A DNA stretch of 64,000 nt from Cyanobacteriota bacterium. GTDB lineage: Bacteria; Cyanobacteriota; Cyanobacteriia; Thermostichales; Thermostichaceae. How positions within the stretch are numbered: the stretch's first letter is position 1; each line of letters opens with the position of its first letter. The stretch is from NCBI GenBank assembly GCA_033764955.1, contig JANRIL010000011.1:64001-128000 (forward strand), in the 5' to 3' direction. A program made the position numbers and the translations under genes. A model generated the notes under the pieces. The model searched no databases. It had not been told where the DNA came from and worked only from the letters and a program-made list of their open reading frames with translations. This document shows, piece after piece, positions 56,032 to 64,000 of the stretch.

Positions 56032-56358
56032 ATGCAAACATTTTTGTATTTCTTACTAGCTGCTCTAGGAGAACTTTCTGGATGCTATGCTTTCTGGGCG
56101 TGGTTAAAACTTGGTAAAAGCATACTCTGGATCATTCCAGGTATTCTAAGCTTGATTGTTTTTGCTTATGCGCTAACCCGAATAGATACCTCAAATGCTG
56201 GAAGAACCTATGCTGCCTATGGGGGTATCTACATTCTTGCGTCACTCACTTGGCTATGGTTAGTTGAAGGAGTCAAGCCAGGTACATGGGATTTAGTAGG
56301 CATTGGCATCTCACTTTTAGGAACAACTATCATTATGTTCGGATCACACCGACCCTAA
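56032..56358 (+). CDS. ynfA: YnfA/UPF0060 family SMR-like membrane protein
   Basis: [18 protein letters not shown] and W.W.VEG..P..WD. Confidence 0.9.
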   Translation: MQTFLYFLLAALGELSGCYAFWAWLKLGKSILWIIPGILSLIVFAYALTRIDTSNAGRTYAAYGGIYILASLTWLWLVEGVKPGTWDLVGIGISLLGTTIIMFGSHRP

Positions 56359-56433
56359 CAACTTAAAAACTCGCTCCATTTTCACTTTTGTCGATTTTAG
56401 AGTTCGATCTACTCAACCGAGTCCTTTTTCTCT

Positions 56434-56820
56434 TTAAGATTCCCGGTCAGACAATTGATCAGCGACTTCCCGATAAAGGATACTCACCCGATTGTCAGCC
56501 AAGCGGTAGTAAACCATCCGACCTCGCTTTTCGTAGCTGACTAGCCGCATCGACCTTAGCACCCGCAATTGATGTGATACCGCCGACTCTCCCATCTTCA
56601 CCACCGCCGCCAGATCGCAGACACATAATTCCTGGTTTGCCAGTGCCGACAGGATCCGCAACCGATTGGGATCCGCTAGCAACCCAAACAACTCGGCCAT
56701 CTGCTGTGCTTTTTCTATGGGCAAGACTTCCGGCTGCACTTGGCGGACATGCTCTAGATCCACGAGATGCTGATCACACACAGGGGCATCTGCAGAGTCA
56801 GAGCGAGCAAGACTAGACAT
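56434..56820 (-). CDS. ArsR/SmtB-family metalloregulator
   Basis: LADPNRLRIL, ELCVCDLA and SAVSHQLRVLR; divergent from the P1B ATPase. Confidence 0.93.
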   Translation of the reverse strand: MSSLARSDSADAPVCDQHLVDLEHVRQVQPEVLPIEKAQQMAELFGLLADPNRLRILSALANQELCVCDLAAVVKMGESAVSHQLRVLRSMRLVSYEKRGRMVYYRLADNRVSILYREVADQLSDRES

Positions 56821-56882
56821 GAAAGGGTTCAGAAGGGATCGTCTAGCCCAGTATAAATCCTGGAATGAGAATCATTATAAGT

Positions 56883-56898
56883 CTGAATATCTATTCAG
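56883..56898. promoter_or_regulatory. SmtB/ArsR operator palindrome
   Basis: CTGAATA-TC-TATTCAG upstream of the ATPase. Confidence 0.8.
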
Positions 56899-56940
56899 GT
56901 GTTGTGATATTCTGGCGAAGACTTACAGGCAGGGATCCCT

Positions 56941-59124
56941 ATGCTCTCCTCTCAGAGAAAGACCCAGCGATTTCAGATCAGCGGCATGGATTGCGGCAGT
57001 TGCGCAGCAAAGATCGAAGATGCCATCCAGAAACTGGCTGGGGTGAGTCAGGTGTCGGTGAGTTTTGCCACTGAGCGAATGCAGGTGGGTTATGACCCGA
57101 CGCAGGTGAGCGAAGCAGCCATCCAAGAGCGGATCCAGTCACTGGGGTATCGAGTCACAGATCCAGAAGATCTTGTTCGCGCCAGCGTGCCACAGCATTC
57201 CCACGATCATCAGAGTCACGATCACAATGATGAGGATCATGGGCATAGCCGCGGCGATCCGGAAGCCTTTAGCCTCAAACAAGAGATCGCGGTGGTTGTT
57301 GGGGTGGTGGTGCTGTTTCTGGTGGGCTTTATTTTTGAGGATCCCCTGCACAACACGCCCTACTCGATAGCGGAATACTTGGTGTTTATCCCGGCCTATT
57401 TACTGAGTGGTTGGGGAGTGCTCTACAGTGCTATTCGTAATCTCTATCGCGGCAGAGTTTTTGATGAAAACTTTTTGATGTCAATTGCTACCTTAGGCGG
57501 GATCGCTGTCCATAAACTGCCGGAAGCAGTGGCGGTGATGTTGTTCTACCGAATTGGCGAATTGTTTCAAGAAGCTGCTGTTAATCGGTCACGCCGTTCG
57601 ATCAAAGCGTTGCTGGAAGTGCGTCCTGACTATGCCAATTTACAAACCGCCACTGGGATCCAAAAAGTAGCTCCAGACACAGTGCAAGTAGGGCAGATCA
57701 TCAGCGTCAATCCTGGGGAAAAGATCCCGCTCGATGGGGACGTGATCTCTGGACATTCGTTTTTGGATACTTCAGCTTTGACGGGCGAATCTGTACCGCG
57801 TGAGGTGCAGCCTGGTGAAACCGTTTCAGCTGGGATGATCAACCAATCAGGGGTGATCACGATCAAGGTTTCCAAACTATTTGGCGAGTCATCGATCTCC
57901 AAAATCCTCAGCCTGGTTGAGAATGCCACCACCCGTAAGGCAGAAACCGAGAAGTTTATCAGTCAGTTTGCCAGGATCTACACTCCAATTGTGGTAACTC
58001 TGGCAGTGGCAGTGGCGATTGTGCCGACGTTGCTGATCCCTGGGGCGATATTTTCGGAGTGGGTGTATCGTGCCTTGATCTTGCTGGTAATCTCCTGTCC
58101 TTGTGGATTGGTGATTAGCATTCCGTTGGGGTATTTCGGGGGAATTGGAGCCGCTGCTAAGCGTGGGATCCTGGTCAAAGGATCTACTTTTTTGGATGTG
58201 CTGACTCAAGTCAAAACGGTAGTGTTTGATAAGACGGGAACACTCACGAAAGGAAACTTTATTGTTACTCAGATCATTCCTTATCAAGGGTTTGATAGAG
58301 ATAAATTGCTTCGGATCGCGGCTCAAGCAGAAGCCAGTTCTAATCATCCAGTAGCGAAATCGATTCGGGCAGCTTATGGTCAGCCTGTCGATCCCTCACT
58401 CAATGGGAGCTATCAAGAGATTCCTGGACACGGGATCCGCACCTGGATCGATGGCTTGGTGGTGTTGGCAGGTAATGATCGCTTGCTTCATCGAGAAGGG
58501 ATCCCTCATGACACTTGCAAAAGGGAAGGTACAGTGGTTCATATTGCAATTGGTGCTCAGTATGCAGGCTATATCCTGATTGCCGATGAACTCAAATCTG
58601 ATGCGGCCCAAGCGATTCGAGATCTGAAAGCAGTGGGTGTTGAGAAAACAGTGATGCTCACTGGAGATAACCAACTCACCGCCAAGCAAGTGGCAGCCAC
58701 GTTGGGGTTGGATGAGGTTAGAGCCGATCTTTTGCCCGAAGGAAAGGTAGCGGCATTAGAAGAAATTCTCAAGGCCGCAGACCCAAATTCTAAAACTGTT
58801 TTCGTGGGGGATGGCATTAACGACGCGCCCGTGATCGCTCGTGCCGATGTGGGCATAGCCATGGGGGGGTTAGGATCCGATGCAGCGATTGAAACGGCAG
58901 ATGTGGTGATCATGACGGATGCGCCATCCAAAGTGGCAGAAGCGATCCGAGTCAGCCGCAAAACTCGTCACATTGTGGTGCAAAACATTGTGCTGGCAAT
59001 GACGGTGAAGGGGCTATTTATCCTACTGGGATCCTTTGGATTAGCTTCGTTATGGGAAGCGATTTTTGCCGACGTAGGGGTGGCGTTGCTAGCTATCTTG
59101 AATGCCGCTCGTGTGATGAAGTAG
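56941..59124 (+). CDS. cadA: Zn/Cd/Pb-translocating P1B-type ATPase
   Basis: GMDCGSC HMA domain, His-rich linker, TGES, SCPC, DKTGT and GDGINDAP. Confidence 0.95.
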   Translation: MLSSQRKTQRFQISGMDCGSCAAKIEDAIQKLAGVSQVSVSFATERMQVGYDPTQVSEAAIQERIQSLGYRVTDPEDLVRASVPQHSHDHQSHDHNDEDHGHSRGDPEAFSLKQEIAVVVGVVVLFLVGFIFEDPLHNTPYSIAEYLVFIPAYLLSGWGVLYSAIRNLYRGRVFDENFLMSIATLGGIAVHKLPEAVAVMLFYRIGELFQEAAVNRSRRSIKALLEVRPDYANLQTATGIQKVAPDTVQVGQIISVNPGEKIPLDGDVISGHSFLDTSALTGESVPREVQPGETVSAGMINQSGVITIKVSKLFGESSISKILSLVENATTRKAETEKFISQFARIYTPIVVTLAVAVAIVPTLLIPGAIFSEWVYRALILLVISCPCGLVISIPLGYFGGIGAAAKRGILVKGSTFLDVLTQVKTVVFDKTGTLTKGNFIVTQIIPYQGFDRDKLLRIAAQAEASSNHPVAKSIRAAYGQPVDPSLNGSYQEIPGHGIRTWIDGLVVLAGNDRLLHREGIPHDTCKREGTVVHIAIGAQYAGYILIADELKSDAAQAIRDLKAVGVEKTVMLTGDNQLTAKQVAATLGLDEVRADLLPEGKVAALEEILKAADPNSKTVFVGDGINDAPVIARADVGIAMGGLGSDAAIETADVVIMTDAPSKVAEAIRVSRKTRHIVVQNIVLAMTVKGLFILLGSFGLASLWEAIFADVGVALLAILNAARVMK

Positions 59125-59190
59125 TCAATTTCATCTGGATTTCATCAGCGAATTGTCTAATTTAAGCTTTGAAGAAGTTGAGGAACTGAG

Positions 59191-60030
59191 ATGACCTATT
59201 CCTATTTGAATGAACCGGATCCCTGGCTATATTCATACACTCGCCGGATTGTAGCGGTGTTATCGGCTCTGGGTGGATTGCTCACAGCCTATCTGACCTT
59301 GAGCAAGCTGACCGAACAGAAGGTAGCTTTTTGCACCAACAATGCCGGATGCGATCTGGTGCTGTCGAGCAAATGGGCTTGGTTTCTGGGAATGCCCACA
59401 GCCGCTCTGGGATTTTTGGGATTTACGGCGGTGTTTTTGCTAGCGGTGTTGCCCGATGGGATCCCGTTTCTGAAGCGATGGCGTTGGCCAGGGTTGTTTG
59501 CGACTACTACCTCGATGGCGGCTTTTGAAGTGTATATGCTCTACCTGATGGTGGGGGTGCTGAAGCAGTTTTGTATGTATTGCACGGCAGCTATCCTTCT
59601 GGTGGCAGGATTGTGGTTGGTGACACTGCTGGGTCGGCGCTGGATTGATTGGGGGCAATTGGCATTCAGTGGAACGATCATAGCGCTAGCAACATTAGTT
59701 TTTACCGTGGGGGTTTATGCCACCCAAACTCCACCCCCCAGCCCATTGGCAAAAGGCTTAGCACTCCACCTGCAACAGACAGGCGGCACGATGTATGGAG
59801 CCTATTGGTGTCCCCACTGTGCGGAGCAAAAAGAGCTATTCGGATCCGCGTTTAAGGATGTGCCTTATGTAGAATGCTCTCCCAACGGCCCTGGCACTCC
59901 CCAAGCTCAGGAATGTATCGATAAAGGAGTGGAAAGCTATCCCACTTGGTTCATCGGCGACAAGGTTTATCGAGGCGTGCAATCGTTAGAAAAACTTTCA
60001 GCCGCGTCCGGGTTTCAGGGAGCACCCTAG
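59191..60030 (+). CDS. VKOR-thioredoxin fusion
   Basis: C-x5-C..VLSS, FCMYC, then WCPHC and YVEC...C..YPTW. Confidence 0.9.
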   Translation: MTYSYLNEPDPWLYSYTRRIVAVLSALGGLLTAYLTLSKLTEQKVAFCTNNAGCDLVLSSKWAWFLGMPTAALGFLGFTAVFLLAVLPDGIPFLKRWRWPGLFATTTSMAAFEVYMLYLMVGVLKQFCMYCTAAILLVAGLWLVTLLGRRWIDWGQLAFSGTIIALATLVFTVGVYATQTPPPSPLAKGLALHLQQTGGTMYGAYWCPHCAEQKELFGSAFKDVPYVECSPNGPGTPQAQECIDKGVESYPTWFIGDKVYRGVQSLEKLSAASGFQGAP

Positions 60031-60043
60031 CGGGAAAGCCATC

Positions 60044-60522
60044 ATGAAAAATCAGGGATTTTGGTTGGCAGCAGGGATTGGTATCTTGTTGGATGTTGCG
60101 ACTAAAGAGTGGGCGATTCGGGGGTTGAAAACTGGCTCAGAGATTGTACTTTGGCCTGGGGTTTTTCACCTAACCTATGCTGAAAATCGTGGGGCAGCTT
60201 GGAGTTTATTTCGCGAGTCAGGGGGATTTCTGAAATGGATCTCACTCTTAGTATCCCTAGGGCTAATCAGTCTGGCACTCTGGGGAAGACCCTTGGGACG
60301 CTGGCAACAGATCGGCTATGGCCTGATTTTAGCGGGGGCAGTTTTGGCAATGGATTAGATCGTTTCTTGAAAGGGTATGTGGTCGATTGGCTGAATTTTA
60401 CCCTGATCAACTTTCCTGTTTTTAATCTGGCAGATGTTGTCATTAATATAGGAGTGATTTGTTTACTCATCGGCCTCAGAAGCAAGCAATTGATAACTCA
60501 ATCTCAGGAGATTCAATCATGA
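60044..60522 (+). pseudogene. lspA: Signal peptidase II, frameshifted at about 60341-60345
   Basis: D.ATK and NRGAAWS in one frame; GNGLDR, VVDW and PVFNLAD in another. Confidence 0.85.
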
Positions 60523-61292
60523 AAAACTTGACCCTATTCTCATGGATCCTCATGCTAGGTACGCCTGTTGTATTGATGGGGTGTAACACTTTGGCTCAAC
60601 AAAAACCAGTCCTGGATCCTGATCTAGAGTCGAAGGTTTTGCAGATCATCAAGAACAATCCCCAAGTGATCTTCGACTCCCTACAAGCCTATCAAAAAGA
60701 ACAGCAAGACAAGCTCAAACAAGCTCAACAAAAAATCTTGCAGCAGATGCAAACCAATCCCCAATCGCTGATCGGCGACTCACCCACCAAGGGATCCATT
60801 GATCAAAAGATCATCCTGTTTGAATTTGCTGATTTTCAATGCCCTTTTTGTCAGAAAGTTAGCCCCACTGTCAAAGAGTTCTTGGCGAAAAATCCTGAGG
60901 TGGCCCTGGTTTATAAACACTTGCCTTTGGTTCAGATCCATGAACAGGCCATCCCTGCTGCACTAGCATCCTGGGCTGCTCAACAACAAGGTAAATTCTG
61001 GGAGTATCACGACGCACTTTATCAAAATCAGAAAGATCTGGGCGAAGCCACTTATCTCAAAATCGCTCAAGATCTTAAGCTTGATCTGGATAAATTCAAT
61101 AAAGATCGAGCCAGCAGTGTAGCAAAAACAGCTATCCAGAACGATACCGAACTAGCTGAGAAGATCGGGTTACAGGGAACTCCCGCCTTTTTTCTAAATG
61201 GGGTTTCTCTAACAGGAGCACAACCTCTGGCTGCATTTGAAGCTGCCCTAGCTCAAGCTAAACAACTCAAGCCTGCTGCCAAAAAGCCCTAG
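60519..61292 (+). CDS. dsbA: DsbA-family lipoprotein
   Basis: LMGC lipobox, FADFQCPFC and GTPAF; start re-assigned to MKNL. Confidence 0.85.
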   Translation: MKNLTLFSWILMLGTPVVLMGCNTLAQQKPVLDPDLESKVLQIIKNNPQVIFDSLQAYQKEQQDKLKQAQQKILQQMQTNPQSLIGDSPTKGSIDQKIILFEFADFQCPFCQKVSPTVKEFLAKNPEVALVYKHLPLVQIHEQAIPAALASWAAQQQGKFWEYHDALYQNQKDLGEATYLKIAQDLKLDLDKFNKDRASSVAKTAIQNDTELAEKIGLQGTPAFFLNGVSLTGAQPLAAFEAALAQAKQLKPAAKKP

Positions 61293-61298
61293 ATCAGC

Positions 61299-62603
61299 AT
61301 GACAAAATTTTCTGATCCTCAACCTCATAGGATCTCACGTCTGCGTGGGGCAGGGTGCTGGCAGTGGGGATTGTCAGTATTAGCAGTTCTAGCAGGGGGA
61401 ACAGTCCCCTGGATCGGATCTTGGCTATCTCAAGCGATCTTGTTCCGAATGAGTAGGCTACGAGTTTGGTTGATTGGGATCCTTTGTTTAGCCATTCTAT
61501 TTGTCTCACCCATTGGATCCGTTTTTGGGCAAACTGTAGATTCTCTAAAACAACAGCAAGAGCAAATTCGTCAACAGATGGATACTGTCAAAAATCGGTC
61601 TGAGGCTTTGCAGCAAAAAGAGACCCAAGCCCAACAAAAATTAGGGGCAATTCAGCAGGGAATTGATGTCACTGATACTCGGATCCAAGATAATCTATTT
61701 CGCCTCAAGAAAGCAGAGGAAGCCTTGGATCAACTAGGAAGAAAACTTCAAGAATCTGAAGCTAATCTTGCTCGACAAATAGCAGGCACAGAAGCTCGCC
61801 TACGCTACTTACAAAGACAGGGATCCGAAAAATGGTGGGCTTTATTATTAACTAGTAAAGATCTGAATCAGTTTTTTGATCGGCGCTATCAGATGAAGCT
61901 TTTGCTCGAAGCAGATCGGAGATTGATTACTCAGTTGCAAGAACAATCTCAGGACGTTACTGAGCAACGCATTAAAGTACAGGAACAAAGAAATGAGATT
62001 GCTTTACTCAACCAAGAATTAGAGATCCAACAAAATCAATTGGAGCAGCAAGCAACCACCCAACAGCAATTGATTAGTCGCCTAAAATCTGAGCGAACCG
62101 CCTATGAAGCCGCTCAACGGCGTTTAGAAGCAGACTCTGGACGGATTGAGCAAATGATCAACCAATTAATTCAACAGATGGCTGCTCAGCCATCTCAACA
62201 GGGGATCCCCGTGCGAGGCACCGGACAATTTCAGTTTCCTATCGCCGCGAGAGTGACCAGTCCTTTTGGAATGCGGATTCACCCAATTTATGGGATTCCT
62301 AAAATGCACAACGGTATCGATTTTGGCGCAGGATCCGGTGTACCTATCAAAGCCGCAGATCGAGCAACAGTTCTCTACGCAGGTTGGTATGGCGGCTATG
62401 GCAATACGGTGATCCTGAATCATGGCAATGGGTTGACAACATTGTATGCCCACAACAGTTCCCTGGCTGTCAGCACAGGACAAGTAGTACAAAAAGGCCA
62501 GATGATTGCCAGAGTTGGATCTAGTGGCCTCTCGACAGGGCCACACGCTCATTTTGAAGTGCGGCAACGGGGGCGACCTGTCAATCCATTGTCGTATCTG
62601 TAG
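61299..62603 (+). CDS. Coiled-coil M23 peptidase (EnvC-like)
   Basis: Long coiled coil, HNGIDF, LYAH and TGPHAHFEV. Confidence 0.9.
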   Translation: MTKFSDPQPHRISRLRGAGCWQWGLSVLAVLAGGTVPWIGSWLSQAILFRMSRLRVWLIGILCLAILFVSPIGSVFGQTVDSLKQQQEQIRQQMDTVKNRSEALQQKETQAQQKLGAIQQGIDVTDTRIQDNLFRLKKAEEALDQLGRKLQESEANLARQIAGTEARLRYLQRQGSEKWWALLLTSKDLNQFFDRRYQMKLLLEADRRLITQLQEQSQDVTEQRIKVQEQRNEIALLNQELEIQQNQLEQQATTQQQLISRLKSERTAYEAAQRRLEADSGRIEQMINQLIQQMAAQPSQQGIPVRGTGQFQFPIAARVTSPFGMRIHPIYGIPKMHNGIDFGAGSGVPIKAADRATVLYAGWYGGYGNTVILNHGNGLTTLYAHNSSLAVSTGQVVQKGQMIARVGSSGLSTGPHAHFEVRQRGRPVNPLSYL

Positions 62604-62659
62604 TAGTCCCACTTGTAGTATTTGTAGTGTTTGTTAACGTTGCGTGTGAGGAAAGAGTA

Positions 62660-64000
62660 TTGACTCGAAACCTATTGATCCGACCAGACAAGGATCTGAT
62701 CCAAGAATCTGCTGAAGCTAAATTCCCACCACCCCAGCCTTTGCCATCCTTAAAATTTCAGATGATCGCTTTGATCTGCTTGTTTCAGATGGCAAGACCC
62801 ATGTCACAGCAGGATCTGACGGCAGTACTGGAGCCTGAGGATAGCGCTTCAGATCAACACTCATCAGATTCATCCCCTCATCGACCATCAGTTTTGATTA
62901 CAGCCATCGCTGCCGCGCTTGGCCTCTCTGGGGGAGTGGTATTGATACCTGATACTCCCACCGAAATGATTTCTCCATCTTCCGAAACCTTGACAGCAGT
63001 TCTACAACAAAATTATCAAACCAAGCAGATCCAGGCAGAAGCCTTTCTAGAGTCGGGATCCCTGACACCGCTACCAGGGATCCGCCAACACACCCTTCAA
63101 GCAGGCGAAACTCTCTGGGCGCTAACTCAGATCTATCAAGTCGATGCCGCCGCCATTGCGGTTGCCAACAACATCACCGCTCAAACCTCTTTAGAACCTG
63201 GACAGATCCTTGCTATTCCGACCCAACCAGGCATCATTTATACGGTCAAGGCTAGAGATACCTTAGAAACAATTGCTCAGCGATTTAAGGTGGCTCAAAC
63301 AGACATCATTCAAGCCACACCTCTAACCACGCCCAATTTCTTGCAGATTGGACAACAACTGCTAATTCCTGGTGATGTCAAACAACTCCTCACGCTGCAA
63401 CGTGAACCTCAACCCATGGCCACCCAGCCCCAGCCCATTCAAAAATCCCCTTTTACGCATACTGTTCAGGCAGGAGAAACAGTAGAGCGGATTGCCTCGC
63501 TCTATGGTGTGACCCAGCAGGCGATCATCCAGGTCAATCAGTTAGCCAATCCAGGCTGGTTGTCGCTAGGACAAAAACTGACGATTCCTGATCCAGTCAC
63601 CCAAATTCCCCCTTTTGCCCAGGCTAATTCAGGATTTACCTGGCCTGTAGCGGGTCAAATGACCTCTCGATATGGTTGGCGGTGGGGGCGAATGCACACC
63701 GGAGTAGACATTGCAGGAGCAGTGGGATCTCCTGTAGCCGCAGTCATGGCAGGAACCATAATTTTCGCAGGGGATCAAGGAGATGGATATGGTCAACGAG
63801 TCGATATTCAACATGCCAACGGGTTGATCACTCGCTATGCCCACGGCAATCAGATCTATGTATCACTTGGGCAGCACGTGCAACAAGGTCAACCCGTGAT
63901 GAGTCGCGGCACATCCGGCTTTGTCACAGGCCCTAACCTGCATTTTGAGGTGCGCTCCGCTGCCAATGTGGCGCTTAATCCCAGCGAGTACCTCAACCGA
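62660..64000 (+). CDS. LysM x3 plus M23 peptidase (stop beyond the window; start uncertain)
   Basis: Open frame to the window end with HTLQAGETLW, YTVKARDTLE, HTVQAGETVE, MHTGVDIAG, RYAHG and TGPNLHFEV. Confidence 0.88.
   Translation, partial: MTRNLLIRPDKDLIQESAEAKFPPPQPLPSLKFQMIALICLFQMARPMSQQDLTAVLEPEDSASDQHSSDSSPHRPSVLITAIAAALGLSGGVVLIPDTPTEMISPSSETLTAVLQQNYQTKQIQAEAFLESGSLTPLPGIRQHTLQAGETLWALTQIYQVDAAAIAVANNITAQTSLEPGQILAIPTQPGIIYTVKARDTLETIAQRFKVAQTDIIQATPLTTPNFLQIGQQLLIPGDVKQLLTLQREPQPMATQPQPIQKSPFTHTVQAGETVERIASLYGVTQQAIIQVNQLANPGWLSLGQKLTIPDPVTQIPPFAQANSGFTWPVAGQMTSRYGWRWGRMHTGVDIAGAVGSPVAAVMAGTIIFAGDQGDGYGQRVDIQHANGLITRYAHGNQIYVSLGQHVQQGQPVMSRGTSGFVTGPNLHFEVRSAANVALNPSEYLNR

Overview
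Accessory, mobile-element-rich DNA from a cyanobacterium. GGGATCCC/GGATCC sites are very dense, matching the HIP variant I associate with Thermostichus/Yellowstone-type Synechococcus. From left to right: (1) 1-15.9 kb is a class I DISARM-like defence operon (drmD and a split drmMI-type methyltransferase with a TA pair inside), interrupted by a 2493-aa cold-shock/DEDDh/RecQ/UvrD fusion. (2) 16.1-21.2 kb is an array of about 13 small co-oriented genes. Nine of them are preceded by a conserved GTCCTACGG-N3-KKGTG-...-RBS leader that usually abuts the previous stop codon, and two roughly 185-nt CTTGAC...GTCAA units resemble ssDNA promoters. (3) 21.3-23.2 kb is an XRE regulator plus a small phage-like module (unknown protein, two membrane proteins, M15 peptidase), followed by FRG and DUF488 cargo. 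(4) 26.1-41.3 kb holds two paralogous satellite-like elements (repressor-Ner-primase/helicase-UvrD-Xis-integrase) as mirror images around a tRNA-Phe 3' fragment, with different operator palindromes and candidate origins. (5) 41.4-64 kb is a heavy-metal and envelope cargo region: a DUF305 protein hit by IS1, Lnt, a two-component system with TTTCAT-N5-TTTCAT boxes, PBP2, an unannotated Cys-rich peptide behind a ZntR-type promoter, MerR, a cobalamin riboswitch with cbtB, MCO/ZIP, ArsR with a P1B ATPase, VKOR, frameshifted lspA, DsbA and M23 peptidases. At least nine copies of a 22-24 nt mobile mini-repeat (TTCGCGYNAGCG plus hairpin) are scattered through the window, and one insertion is shown directly by comparing paralogues. 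All family assignments come from motif recognition by eye, with no database searches.
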